Below, piece after piece: positions 19,260 to 29,617 of a stretch of 62,612 nucleotides of DNA. Made by a program: the position numbers and the translations under genes. The stretch covers positions 1 to 62,612 of the forward strand of contig DXEK01000137.1 of the NCBI GenBank assembly GCA_019115005.1, written 5' to 3'. Origin of the DNA: Candidatus Fusicatenibacter merdavium (GTDB lineage Bacteria; Bacillota; Clostridia; Lachnospirales; Lachnospiraceae). The notes under the pieces are model-generated. The model was not told the DNA's origin, searched no databases, and saw only the letters and a list, made by a program, of their open reading frames with translations. Every line of letters begins with the position of its first letter. Position 1 is the stretch's first letter.

Positions 19260-20132
19260 TCATGCGTTTTTATTTGTGACAAGGTCTTCCAGTGAACCAA
19301 AAGAATACCCCATCTCTTCCCACCGTGTCAGAAGTTCCTCCAGGATCTCTGCGTTTGTGCGGGAAGTGTTGTGGAGCAGCACGATCGCCCCTGGATGGAT
19401 TCTGCCAAGGAGTTTTTCAAAAGCTTCCTCATGGGTCGGCTGCTCATCCTGAAGCCAGTCGACATACGCGAGGCTCCAGAAGAACGTCTGATAGCCCAGT
19501 TCCTTGGCCATGCTCAGGTTTTCCGTGCTGTAAATACCTCTGGGAGGGCGGTAGTAGCGGGTCATTTCCTCGCCGGTGATCTCCTGGTAGAGGTCTTCCA
19601 CTTTGGACAATTCTTCGCGGAAGGCGTCGATCGAAGAAATCTGAGACATATCCGGATGACTGTAGGTGTGATTCCCGACGATGTGGCCCTGGGAGACCAT
19701 CTGACGGATCAGATCTGGATTGTCCCGGACAAAGTTTCCGACGACAAAGAAGGTTGCGGGTGCGTTATGCGTTTCCAGAGCGTCGAGGATTTCGGGAGTG
19801 TTTCCGTTTTCGTACCCGCAGTCAAAGGTAAGATACAGAATTTTCTCGTCCGTATCCTGGGCAAAATATGCATTGTATTCTTTCAATTCCTCGATCGTTG
19901 CATTTCCCGTAGGCCGTTTTCCCTCCCCGGAAAATCCGAGTCCCCAGTTTTCCCCGGCGGAAGCCGGAGACACGGCGGTTTCAAGCGCGGCGACTCCCCT
20001 TGCCAGCAAGTGACCTGTCAGAAAAGCTGCGGCAAACAGGAGGAGCAGCTTCAGACATACCCGTGGCTGCAGCGCTGAGAGAGCAGAGGGGATCTGTTTG
20101 CTCAGCGGTTGGATTTTCTTTTTCAGAAACAT
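19260..20132 (-). CDS. pdaA: PdaA-like spore-cortex muramic delta-lactam deacetylase (CE4)
   Basis: LYLTFDCGYENG, GNHTYSHPDM, RPPRG, FWSLAYVDW, LLH. Confidence 0.85.
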   Translation of the reverse strand: MFLKKKIQPLSKQIPSALSALQPRVCLKLLLLFAAAFLTGHLLARGVAALETAVSPASAGENWGLGFSGEGKRPTGNATIEELKEYNAYFAQDTDEKILYLTFDCGYENGNTPEILDALETHNAPATFFVVGNFVRDNPDLIRQMVSQGHIVGNHTYSHPDMSQISSIDAFREELSKVEDLYQEITGEEMTRYYRPPRGIYSTENLSMAKELGYQTFFWSLAYVDWLQDEQPTHEEAFEKLLGRIHPGAIVLLHNTSRTNAEILEELLTRWEEMGYSFGSLEDLVTNKNA

Positions 20133-20338
20133 GGGCGTACCTGTCGGTTCTCTTTGCCATCAGTTTATGTAAGACTGTGAAAATTTATGTGCGGGAGCAT
20201 AAAATGCGTAGCTGAACAACAGTACAAATTTCCGGTTGCAGTTTTTGCGCAGAGAGAATGGAAGATCGTTGATATGGTTTTTGACAGGGTTTTCTGTTAC
20301 AATGATAGGAATGAGACAACTGATAAGAAAGAAGGAAG

Positions 20339-20396
20339 TTTGGAAGTAAATTTCCAAATCTACCATTATTGACGCAGTAAATGCGTCAGGAGGAGG
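20339..20396 (+). repeat. Two-hairpin RBS-proximal module, copy A
   Basis: TTTGGAAG-TAAA-TTTCCAAA, 11 nt, TGACGCA-GTAAA-TGCGTCA, GGAGGAGG. Confidence 0.75.
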
Positions 20397-20401
20397 TAAA
20401 C

Positions 20402-21322
20402 ATGGCTGTGGAGCGTTTGAATTTTTTGAGAAGACAGGGAGTCAGTGAGGGACTGCTGAGAGGAGTGGAGGATTTTTGCCGTGCCTATGAGGGGCAGAAG
20501 ACGGAGACGGACCGGGTACAGAAACCGGAGGTATTGTTTTACGGCAGAGAGATCCTGGAGATGGCGGTCGCCGCGCTGCTGGAAGGAGAGAATCTGCTGC
20601 TGACGGGCGAGAAAGCGACCGGGAAGAATGTGCTGGCGGAAACCCTGGCGTGGATTTTTGAGCGGCCGGCGTATACAGTTTCTTTTCATGTGGATATGGG
20701 AAGCGCGGAACTGATCGGGACAGACACATTTCGGAACAATGAGGTGACGCTCCGGGAAGGCAGTATCTCAAGGTGCGCCCGGGCAGGAGGATTCGGGATT
20801 CTGGACGAGATCAATATGGCGAAAAATGATGCGGTCAGTGTTCTCCATGCGGTCCTGGATGACCGGAGAATGATCGATGTGCCGGGCTATGATAGGATCG
20901 CGATTCACCCGGCTTCCCGCTTTATCGGCACGATGAATTACGGATACGCGGGAACGAGAGAACTGAACGAGGCGCTGGTTTCCCGTTTTCTTGTGATCGA
21001 TATGCCGATGCAGAATGAGGAAACGCTGAATTACTTGATGGATACCATGTTCCCGGGGATGAACGGGGAGGCGAAAAAGGCGTTTGTCGGCCTGTATCTC
21101 GATCTGCAGAAAAAAGCAGCCCAGGCGGAGATCTCGACGAAGGCTCTGGATCTGAGGGGGCTGATTGGCGCCCTTCGGACGGTGCGGGCGGGTCTGTCTC
21201 CGTGGCAGGCGGTAAAGATGGGGATCGTCAACAAATGTTTTGATCTTTATGAGAAGGAGATTGTCCAGGATGTGGCGATGACGCGAATCCCTGTGGACTG
21301 GTCGAAAGGAGACGTGTTCTGA
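20402..21322 (+). CDS. MoxR/CbbQ-like AAA+ ATPase
   Basis: GEKATGKN Walker A, ILDEIN Walker B, TMNYGYAG, ALVSRF. Confidence 0.85.
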   Translation: MAVERLNFLRRQGVSEGLLRGVEDFCRAYEGQKTETDRVQKPEVLFYGREILEMAVAALLEGENLLLTGEKATGKNVLAETLAWIFERPAYTVSFHVDMGSAELIGTDTFRNNEVTLREGSISRCARAGGFGILDEINMAKNDAVSVLHAVLDDRRMIDVPGYDRIAIHPASRFIGTMNYGYAGTRELNEALVSRFLVIDMPMQNEETLNYLMDTMFPGMNGEAKKAFVGLYLDLQKKAAQAEISTKALDLRGLIGALRTVRAGLSPWQAVKMGIVNKCFDLYEKEIVQDVAMTRIPVDWSKGDVF

Positions 21323-23226
21323 TGGAAAGAAAGTTGCCGGAACATGCGGTTGGAGCAGAACAGGATCCGGAAGAAGAGGAGATGCTCCCGACTTTTGGGA
21401 AGAACTGCTGGACGGATATGGCAGAGGGATTTGCAGCGGAAGACTTTCATCCGGCAGCGGATGAAAACCGTCTGCAGACGGAGAACCGGATCCGGAACCT
21501 GGTCTGGACGGTGAGCGGGGATTATACGATGAATGTGCGCCCGGATGTGGAACGTTTCGAGAGAGAAAAATATTGTGTGCTGTACGACTGCATCCGGCAG
21601 GGTGCGTTTGCAAAGTGGTTCGACCAGGAAGCGTATCAGCTTTATCTTGTCAAAAAGATTTACTGCCACGCGATGGAGGCGCCTCTGAAGATGACCGCGT
21701 CGCTGGTGACGGAGGCGGCGGTCGGCCGGAGACTGCTGGAGGAACGCAAAGGCGTCGCCGCGATCCGGCGGATGGCCTGTGAGGAATTGCTGGATCATGA
21801 GTTTTCCATGCTGTGTGCCAGTGCGCCGGGACAGCTTCAGCTTGCCTGGATCCGCAGGCTGATGGATCCGGATTACCGTGCGGGCGGCAACACGGGAAAA
21901 TGGCTGAAGCTTCTGGTAACTGCGGAGGCGGCGGAGGATACCGGCGCGCTGATCCGCCTGACGGACACGCTGTATAATCAGATGATGGAGCCGGACTTTG
22001 AGCGGAAAAACGGAACACTGGAACAGATCCTGGCGGTGACCGTAGAGGAACTGAAAGAATTTTCCTGGCAGGATTTTCTGTCGGAGGAGATGTATGAGGA
22101 CGCGCTGGAAACATATCTGGAGAAGCTTTCTCTCGATATGAATTCTCTGCCGGAAGCGCCGGAGCAGGGCGAAGATCAGGACACAGAGGGAGAGGAAAAA
22201 CGTCCGAAAAAGAAGAAGATCGTCGTCGTCGACGAGGACGCGCTTTCCAAAATGCACAGTTATGTGGAACTGAACTACGGAAAAACCTGGCTGAGTCCCG
22301 CCCAGGAAAAGCAGAGGAACCGAAAACTCTGCCGCGGAATGCACGGGGACTGCAGTCTGTACTATACGGAAGGGATCCTGAAGCATCCGGTGAAGAAGAA
22401 TTACCAGCTTGTCTACGCGCAAAAGCAGAAGGACAAGAATCTCCATGCCTACTATGACGCCCACAGGGAGGTAAAACAGAACATCCGTCAGCTGACCGGA
22501 ATGCTGCGCAAGGCGCTGATCCTCCGGGAAGAAGTGCAGTATACGCCGGCGGATTCCGGGAAGATCGTACCTTCCTGGCTGTGGAAAGCAGGGAGATGTC
22601 CCCATGGAATGCTGTTCCTGAGAGAACAGAAAAATGATGCGATGGATTTTGTCGTGGATGTTCTGATCGATGCCAGCGGTTCTCAGCGGACGCGGCAGGC
22701 GCAGGTGGCGATGCAGGGTTTTATCCTCAGCGAGACTCTGAGTAATCTCAGGATTCCGTTCCGGGTGATAAGTTTCTGTACGTTCTGGGATTATACGATC
22801 CTCCACAGATTCCGGGATTATGACGATGACAGGAAGAACAACGGGAATCTTTTCGAGTATATGACCTCCTCCAACAACCGGGACGGTCTGGCGATCCGGG
22901 CGGCGGGAACGGATCTGATGGCCAGGGAGGAAGCCAGAAAACTGATGATCGTGTTAAGCGACGGAAAACCTTACGATGTACTGATGAACCGTCCCGGGAG
23001 CAGGAATCCGGAGCCTTACCGCGGTGAGTATGCGGTGAAAGACACTGCGCGGGAGGTGCTGCGGCTGAGGCAGCAGGGAGTGTCAGTTCTCGGCGTGTTC
23101 GCCGGGGAAGAGCGGGAGCTTCCGGCGGAGCGGAAGATCTTCGGGAAGGATTTCGCGTATATCCGGGATATCCGGAATTTTGCCGGGACGGTCGGCAGAT
23201 ACCTGCTGCGGCAGATCGACGGTTAA
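21322..23226 (+). CDS. VWA-domain protein (NorD/CobT-like)
   Basis: LIDASGS MIDAS, NRDG, LSDGKP; coupled to the AAA gene. Confidence 0.8.
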   Translation: MERKLPEHAVGAEQDPEEEEMLPTFGKNCWTDMAEGFAAEDFHPAADENRLQTENRIRNLVWTVSGDYTMNVRPDVERFEREKYCVLYDCIRQGAFAKWFDQEAYQLYLVKKIYCHAMEAPLKMTASLVTEAAVGRRLLEERKGVAAIRRMACEELLDHEFSMLCASAPGQLQLAWIRRLMDPDYRAGGNTGKWLKLLVTAEAAEDTGALIRLTDTLYNQMMEPDFERKNGTLEQILAVTVEELKEFSWQDFLSEEMYEDALETYLEKLSLDMNSLPEAPEQGEDQDTEGEEKRPKKKKIVVVDEDALSKMHSYVELNYGKTWLSPAQEKQRNRKLCRGMHGDCSLYYTEGILKHPVKKNYQLVYAQKQKDKNLHAYYDAHREVKQNIRQLTGMLRKALILREEVQYTPADSGKIVPSWLWKAGRCPHGMLFLREQKNDAMDFVVDVLIDASGSQRTRQAQVAMQGFILSETLSNLRIPFRVISFCTFWDYTILHRFRDYDDDRKNNGNLFEYMTSSNNRDGLAIRAAGTDLMAREEARKLMIVLSDGKPYDVLMNRPGSRNPEPYRGEYAVKDTAREVLRLRQQGVSVLGVFAGEERELPAERKIFGKDFAYIRDIRNFAGTVGRYLLRQIDG

Positions 23227-23238
23227 GAATTTTTTAAG
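23223..23238 (+). promoter_or_regulatory. TTAAG-N6-TTAAG direct repeat (putative autoregulatory response-regulator box)
   Basis: 11-bp-phased repeat upstream of the two-component operon. Confidence 0.5.
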
Positions 23239-23307
23239 AGATTCCGCGGATTTTTTTAAACGGTATTGTGTATGGTGTAAATGGAAGGAAAGGAGGGGAG
23301 AAGAAAT

Positions 23308-23799
23308 ATGAAGCAGGAAACGATCCTGGTGGTGGATGATAACCGGGAGATCGTGTTTTCCATCAGTGAGCTGCTCCGGTATGAAGGATACCGGGTGGTC
23401 AATGCCTATGATGGCCTGGAGGCGCTGGAGGTGTTGGAGCGGGAGGAAGTGGATCTGATCCTTCTGGATGTGATGATGCCGAGCCTGAACGGACTGTCCG
23501 CGCTGATGAAACTGCGGGAGCGGTGGAAAATCCCGGTGATCATTCTGTCGGCGAAGACAGAGGAGAGCGATAAAGTGTCCGGCCTGACGCTGGGAGCGGA
23601 CGATTATATCGGCAAGCCTTACAATGCGGCGGAACAGATTTATGAATGTGTCTGGGAACAGGACGCAGATTACACCGTGGAAAATACCGTCATGGTTCAT
23701 ATCCGTCATATCCGGGAACAGATTGAGATTGATGCAAAGAATCCAAGATATATAAAGGTGGTGTGGGGGATTGGATACAAAATGGAACGATATTTATGA
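23308..23799 (+). pseudogene. OmpR-family response regulator with in-frame internal deletion
   Basis: 163 aa; receiver KPYNAAE fuses directly to QIYECVW of the winged helix. Confidence 0.7.
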
Positions 23800-25060
23800 A
23801 AAAATCCGGGAGAAGATCAAAGAAAACTGCGGAGAGAAAGAGATCATAATGGGCATCTCTGTGATCGTTATGGTATGCTCCGCGGTCTTGATCCATCTGC
23901 TGAAAGCATCTTACACGACGGGAACCGTATGGGTCATCGGTTTTTTTGTGAACCTTATCCTGACGGCAGGAAGTACGATGGGAATGCAGCTGTTTCTGGA
24001 ACGGTATTTTCAGAAACACGGAGAAGACGGGGAGACAGGTTTTGAAGCCTGGGTGGAGCAGTGGAACAAAGTGCAGCGGATGACCCGTGTGGTCCTGGCT
24101 GCATTCCTGCTGCTGGCATTCTGTCTCTTTCTTGTGCGAGATCCGGATGCAGGTGTCGTATCTCTTCAAAATTACGCGCCCAATTACCTGCTCTTTGCGA
24201 CAGTTTTTCTGCAGTACCGCGTCTGCCGGTGGGTGCAGGACCGCTGGCGGAAAGAACGTGTGAGACGTTATGTGGAGCAGATCCGGGAAAACAGCCGGAC
24301 AGAAAAGGAGGAAGCGCTGGCGCAGGCGCTGAAGATTGAGAGGGAGAGCATGGAAAAAGTTTCCAGAAGCGACAAGCTGCGGATGGATCTGATCACCAAT
24401 GTATCTCACGATCTGAAGACGCCGCTGACGTCTGTGGTAGGCTATCTGGAGCTCCTGAAGAAGGAGGAACTTGGCGACACGGCGAAGGATTATCTGGACG
24501 TGATCTCCCGGCGGGTGGATAAACTGAAGGAGATGATCGAAAGCCTTTTTTCCCTGGCGAAGGTCAGCAGCGGGAATGTAGAACTGGAACAGGAGAAACT
24601 GTCCATGAACCGCCTGATCGGGCAGATCTTCGCTGACATGGATGATCAGATCAGGAAGTCCGGGCTGAAATACATTCAGTGGCTCTGCGAGGAGGACACA
24701 CAGATCGTCACAGATCACAGGTATCTGTACCGGATCTGTCAGAACCTGATGGAAAATACGCTGAAATACTCCGCGAAAGGCACACATGTGTTTGTAAAGA
24801 CGTGCGTGACTGCGGAGGATCAGGTGAAACTGGAGATCACCAACACGGCGAATTACCTGATGAATTTTCGAAAAGAGGACATTGTGGAGCGGTTTGCGAG
24901 AGGCGATGCAGCCAGGACGACGGAGGGGAACGGTCTCGGGCTGGCTATCGTCAGTACGTACGCGGAGGCGCTGGGCGGAACGTTTGATCTCCGGATCGAC
25001 TGCGATCAGTTCAAAGCCATCCTTCTGCTTCCCCGCGGGAAATTGCCGGCGGAACTGTAA
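23771..25060 (+). CDS. Sensor histidine kinase
   Basis: TMs; ITNVSHDLKTPLT; NLMENTLKYS; RF.RGD..RTTEGNGLGL. Confidence 0.9.
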   Translation: MDTKWNDIYEKIREKIKENCGEKEIIMGISVIVMVCSAVLIHLLKASYTTGTVWVIGFFVNLILTAGSTMGMQLFLERYFQKHGEDGETGFEAWVEQWNKVQRMTRVVLAAFLLLAFCLFLVRDPDAGVVSLQNYAPNYLLFATVFLQYRVCRWVQDRWRKERVRRYVEQIRENSRTEKEEALAQALKIERESMEKVSRSDKLRMDLITNVSHDLKTPLTSVVGYLELLKKEELGDTAKDYLDVISRRVDKLKEMIESLFSLAKVSSGNVELEQEKLSMNRLIGQIFADMDDQIRKSGLKYIQWLCEEDTQIVTDHRYLYRICQNLMENTLKYSAKGTHVFVKTCVTAEDQVKLEITNTANYLMNFRKEDIVERFARGDAARTTEGNGLGLAIVSTYAEALGGTFDLRIDCDQFKAILLLPRGKLPAEL

Positions 25061-25519
25061 CCAAAATGGTATTGCAATTTTTATTTTTCTGTAGTAGACT
25101 GGATACATCAAACAGAAAAAGGAGTATCAAAGAGAGCATGACGACAAAATAATCATTTTTCAGAAGACAACAGAGAACAGAAGTATTTTCGCTGATACAG
25201 CGTTGTTTTCGGAAGGCTGTATCAGACGGGCGGAACTGTTTTCGTATGCTTTTGAAAAATGGATTTTCTGTCGCCGCAGCAGAGACGAAAGAGTCTCTGC
25301 TCACCGGTCTGTGTCCGGAAGCTGCGAAAACAGGCAGCCGGATGCCGGCCGGACTCTTTGCGAACGGAGATCCGCTTTTCCCGGCATACGGAAAAGCGGA
25401 TCTTTTTGCCGGGCAACGGACAGAGAATGTTGTGAACTGTTCTGCCGGGTGACGGACAGGGAAGGAATCTTCCCTGTCTGCCCGCTGCGGTCCCGCCGAT
25501 GACAGGAGGGATGAAACTT

Positions 25520-27064
25520 ATGCTTCAGATTCAGAATCTGACCATTACACACAAAAAGGACCTGCGGAATCTGATCGAGGATTTCTCGTTCGTTCTGCGG
25601 CCCGGGGATAAGACTGCGCTGATCGGGGAGGAAGGCAATGGAAAGTCCACGCTTCTGAAACTGCTGCACGATGAGCGGTTGGTAGAGGGATATGTCAGCT
25701 GTAGCGGCCACGTGATTAAGAATGGGATGCGCAGCGGTTATCTGGCGCAGGAGCCGGGAGAGGACGTGACGGGGTGCCGGGTGTACGAATATTTTGCGGA
25801 AAATCCGCTGTTTTATGACTGGACGCCGAAGGAGCTGGCGCAGATGGGCAGAAATTTTGGCTTTTCCACAGAGTTTTTTTACTCGGATCAGAAAATCTCT
25901 ACATTGTCCGGCGGAGAGAAAGTAAAACTGCAGCTTGCCCGCGTGCTGCTGGAGCGGCCGGATTTCCTGCTGCTGGATGAACCTTCCAACGACGTGGATC
26001 TGGAAACGCTGGAGTGGATGGAGACGTTTATCCGCGGAACGGAGCTTCCGGTGCTGTTTATCTCCCACGATGAATATCTGCTGGAGCGGACGGCGAATTC
26101 CGTGATTCATCTGGAACAGACGATGCGAAAGACAAAACCGCGGTGGACGGTGGCAAGAGTACCGTACCGGCAGTATATGGAGGAACGTTTCCGCAGTCTT
26201 CGGAGACAGGAAGAGCAGGCACGCAGTGAGAAGAGGGAATATGAGAAACAGCAGGAAAAATTCCGTCGGATCCAACAGTCTGTGGAATATCAGCAGGCGG
26301 CGATCAGCCGCCAGAACCCTTCCGGCGGCAGACTTCTGAAAAAGAAAATGCATGCGGTAAAAGCGCAGGAGCGGCGTTTCGAGAAACAATGGGAAAACCG
26401 GACGGAGGTGCCGGACACGGAGGACGCTATTTATCTGCGTCTCGGACGGCAGATCCCGATGCCCAGGGGGAAAGAAGTTCTCGATTATAAACTGGACTGT
26501 CTGACAGTGGGAGACCGTGTGCTGGCGCGGAACATTCATCTGCGGATCCGCGGCCCGGAAAAAATCTGTATCATCGGGAAAAACGGAGCCGGAAAGACGA
26601 CATTGCTGAAAAAGATCGCGAAGGGATTGCTGGAACGAAAGGATCTTCACGCCGCTTATATGCCGCAGAATTACAGCGAACTCCTTCCGGCAGAGGAGAC
26701 GCCGCTCGCGTTCCTGCAGACTGCGGGAGATAAAGAGGAGCTTACCAGGATCCGTACCTGGCTGGGCAGTATGAAATTTACCGCGGATGAGATGGAACAT
26801 CCGATCCGGGAGCTTTCCGGGGGACAGAAAGCCAAGCTGTTTTTCATGAAGATGAGCCTGGAGGAGAATGATGTGTTGATCCTGGACGAGCCGACGCGGA
26901 ACTTTTCGCCTATGTCCAACCCGGTGATCCGTCAGCTTCTCGCCGATTATCAGGGCGCCATTCTCAGCATTTCCCATGACCGGAAATACATCGGGGAAGT
27001 ATGTACAAAAGTGTACCGCCTGACAGAAGACGGACTGCAGGAAGTGAGTGACCTTCCGTATTGA
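25520..27064 (+). CDS. ABC-F family ATPase
   Basis: Two NBDs (GEEGNGKST, GKNGAGKTT; LSGGE/LSGGQ; LLDEP), coiled linker, no TM. Confidence 0.88.
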   Translation: MLQIQNLTITHKKDLRNLIEDFSFVLRPGDKTALIGEEGNGKSTLLKLLHDERLVEGYVSCSGHVIKNGMRSGYLAQEPGEDVTGCRVYEYFAENPLFYDWTPKELAQMGRNFGFSTEFFYSDQKISTLSGGEKVKLQLARVLLERPDFLLLDEPSNDVDLETLEWMETFIRGTELPVLFISHDEYLLERTANSVIHLEQTMRKTKPRWTVARVPYRQYMEERFRSLRRQEEQARSEKREYEKQQEKFRRIQQSVEYQQAAISRQNPSGGRLLKKKMHAVKAQERRFEKQWENRTEVPDTEDAIYLRLGRQIPMPRGKEVLDYKLDCLTVGDRVLARNIHLRIRGPEKICIIGKNGAGKTTLLKKIAKGLLERKDLHAAYMPQNYSELLPAEETPLAFLQTAGDKEELTRIRTWLGSMKFTADEMEHPIRELSGGQKAKLFFMKMSLEENDVLILDEPTRNFSPMSNPVIRQLLADYQGAILSISHDRKYIGEVCTKVYRLTEDGLQEVSDLPY

Positions 27065-27124
27065 CATCTTTTGTTTTTTTTACTATATTAATGTCAGAAA
27101 AATTTAAGGAGGTACTGCAATACC

Positions 27125-28426
27125 ATGACAGCAAAGGAGAGAACACAGGCATTACTGTCGTTCATAGAAAAGAGTCCCAGCCCGTTCCATGCAGTCCGCG
27201 AGATTTCCGGCCGGCTGGAGCAGGAGGGATTTGAGTATCTGCCGGAGACGAAGCCGTTTCAGGTGGTCCGCGGCGGAAAATATTATACACAGCGCAACGG
27301 ATCTTCCATCATCGCCTTCCGTATTCCGGAGAACCCGAAAGGCGGCTTCCAGATGATGGCGAGCCACAGCGATTCCCCCTGTTTTAAGATCAAGGGAGAG
27401 AACCCATTTGTGACGGATGCAAACTATACCCGTCTGAATGTGGAACGCTACGGCGGAATGATTATGGCTCCGTGGCTGGACCGTCCGCTGGGAATCGCGG
27501 GCCGTGTGATCGTCCGGACAGAGAACGGTGTGCGTGCGGAGCTGGTGGATTCCGGGAAAAATCTGGCCGTGATCCCGAATATGCCGATCCATCTGAGCCG
27601 TCAGATGAACGAGAGTCTCAGCTATGACACTCAGAAAGAGATGCTGCCGGTCATCGGCGGTCCGGATGCGAAGGAACACTTTTTTGAGGCGATCGGGTGC
27701 AGCGCATCCGCGGATCAGATCCTCGGAATGGATCTGTACCTGTACAACCGTGTTCCGGGTACGCTTTACGGAACGGATGAGGAATATGTGGGAAGTGCGA
27801 AACTGGACGACCTTCAGTGCGCATACGGCACGCTGGAAGGATTTCTGGCGGCGCAGGGCGGAGAGAAGATCTCTGTTTACTGTGTGTTTGACAACGAGGA
27901 AGTCGGAAGCAGTACAAAACAGGGGGCAGCGTCCACGTTCCTGGCGGACACGCTGGAACGGATCTGGAACGGACTTGGCGGCGATGCACTTTCCCTGAAA
28001 TGCGCGGTGGCGGACAGCTTTCTCGTGTCTGCGGACAATGCGCACGCCCAGCATCCGGCACATCCGGATAAATACGACCCGAACAGCCGTGTCTATATGA
28101 ACAAGGGAATTGTCATTAAGCAGAGTGCCAATCAGAAATATACCACAGATGCAATGTCCGAGGCGGTGACCAAAAAGATCTGCCAGGATGCCGGCGTACC
28201 CTGCCAGATCTTTGCCAACCATTCCAACATACCGGGCGGATCGACGCTGGGCGGAATTTCCTCTTCCCAGGTGTCTGCTGCCAGCGTGGATATCGGCCTG
28301 GCGCAGCTGGCCATGCATTCGCCGTATGAGACGGCCGGAACGCTCGACACAGAGTATCTGGTACAGTTTTCCAGAAAATTTTATGAGACGCCGCTGCACG
28401 CGGAAGACGGAGGATTTACCTTCTGA
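27125..28426 (+). CDS. M18 aminopeptidase
   Basis: SHSDSP, KLDDL, FDNEEVGS, SADNAH, LAMHS. Confidence 0.92.
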   Translation: MTAKERTQALLSFIEKSPSPFHAVREISGRLEQEGFEYLPETKPFQVVRGGKYYTQRNGSSIIAFRIPENPKGGFQMMASHSDSPCFKIKGENPFVTDANYTRLNVERYGGMIMAPWLDRPLGIAGRVIVRTENGVRAELVDSGKNLAVIPNMPIHLSRQMNESLSYDTQKEMLPVIGGPDAKEHFFEAIGCSASADQILGMDLYLYNRVPGTLYGTDEEYVGSAKLDDLQCAYGTLEGFLAAQGGEKISVYCVFDNEEVGSSTKQGAASTFLADTLERIWNGLGGDALSLKCAVADSFLVSADNAHAQHPAHPDKYDPNSRVYMNKGIVIKQSANQKYTTDAMSEAVTKKICQDAGVPCQIFANHSNIPGGSTLGGISSSQVSAASVDIGLAQLAMHSPYETAGTLDTEYLVQFSRKFYETPLHAEDGGFTF

Positions 28427-28450
28427 TCCATGCGGCAGACGATAAAAAAA

Positions 28451-28478
28451 GTGCCGCCCGAATTGGCTCGGGCGGCGC
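28451..28478. terminator. Bidirectional terminator
   Basis: GCCGCCCG/CGGGCGGC stem with A tract, between convergent genes. Confidence 0.75.
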
Positions 28479-28802
28479 TTATAGTTCCATCAGCAGTCCT
28501 TTCATATAGGCTTTCAGGACAGTCTTTTTTTCGTGGTCCAGGCGGTTATAGAGATCGATGACTTCCTGCTGTCCGTCTGTCAGCTGCGGGTGTTCCATCT
28601 GGTCCTGGAAAAAATCGGACAGCGTGATACCGAAACCATCACAGAGCTTCTGCAGAGTCGGGATCGTGGGAATGTTGGTGCGGTTCATCATATTGTTCAG
28701 TGTGGAATAGGGAATGTCCGATTCCTTTGCCAGACGATAATAACTCCAGTTGCGTTCTTTACACAGATCCTGGATGTGCTGAATAACATCTGTATCTCGC
28801 AT
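28479..28802 (-). CDS. XRE-family HTH regulator
   Basis: WSYYRLAKESDIPYSTL..PTIPTLQKLC. Confidence 0.88.
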   Translation of the reverse strand: MRDTDVIQHIQDLCKERNWSYYRLAKESDIPYSTLNNMMNRTNIPTIPTLQKLCDGFGITLSDFFQDQMEHPQLTDGQQEVIDLYNRLDHEKKTVLKAYMKGLLMEL

Positions 28803-28986
28803 AATTCACCTCGGTTTTTACTGTTACTTATTTTCATTATACTTGTATAAGATTTGCGAAACAGATGTTAAAAAGAGTGATAAAAAACAGTCGCAATTAA
28901 GAAATAAAAAAGAGTGTCCCTGTTTTCATGTCGGACACTCTTTTGTTATCAGGAGCAGTGCTCATAAGCGAACACAGACCTGATGG

Positions 28987-29030
28987 GTGCCTGTTCGGCC
29001 AGCGAACGGGCACTTTGATTGAACTGTTAC
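28987..29030. repeat. Palindrome variant plus half site
   Basis: GTGCCTGTTCG-GCCAG-CGAACGGGCAC; TGAACTGTTAC at 29020. Confidence 0.6.
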
Positions 29031-29058
29031 ATGGCTGCTGACAGCCCGGGCTGCCGTA

Positions 29059-29424
29059 TCAGCCCTCCTGCTCTGCCTCATCCGCCTGTAGGCTGTCCAG
29101 CAGTCTGTTGAAAGCGTCAGCTGCAGCCGTGTATTCTTCGTCTTCTTCGATATTGGCGAGCATCGGCTGGCCGCCGTCTGTCTCGGAATAGCGGTAGAGA
29201 TAAACCTCTCCGTCCTGATTCTGTCCGTTCTCGTCCAGCGGGAGGAGCGCAATGTATTCCCTGTTGTTCGACGCAGGAAAAATGTTGAGCACCGCACAGA
29301 CAACCTCTGTATCATCGTCCAGCGTAAGGGTGACAGTCGGCTGGCTTACATCGATACTGCAGTCGCTTCCGCAGGAGGAGCAGTCGCCGGCACAGGCAGC
29401 GGATTGTGTGAATTTCTCTTCCAT
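29059..29424 (-). CDS. DUF1292-like protein with Cys-rich N-terminus
   Basis: VTLTLDDD..EYIALLP..EVYLYRY..IEEDEEY; CAGDCSSCGSDC. Confidence 0.8.
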   Translation of the reverse strand: MEEKFTQSAACAGDCSSCGSDCSIDVSQPTVTLTLDDDTEVVCAVLNIFPASNNREYIALLPLDENGQNQDGEVYLYRYSETDGGQPMLANIEEDEEYTAAADAFNRLLDSLQADEAEQEG

Positions 29425-29617
29425 AACAAAATCCTTCTTTCTTTTGATTATATTAGATGAATACTTGTCCTGAAATTTTAACAGATTATCGGAAAAAAAA
29501 CAATAAATCTTTTGCTGTTTGGGTGTATTTTCTATTGACGCGGAAGAATTGCGGTTTTATACTGATTACAATAAAAATTTTAAAGAAAAAGGCAGAATCT
29601 GCCGGGGAGGAAAGATT

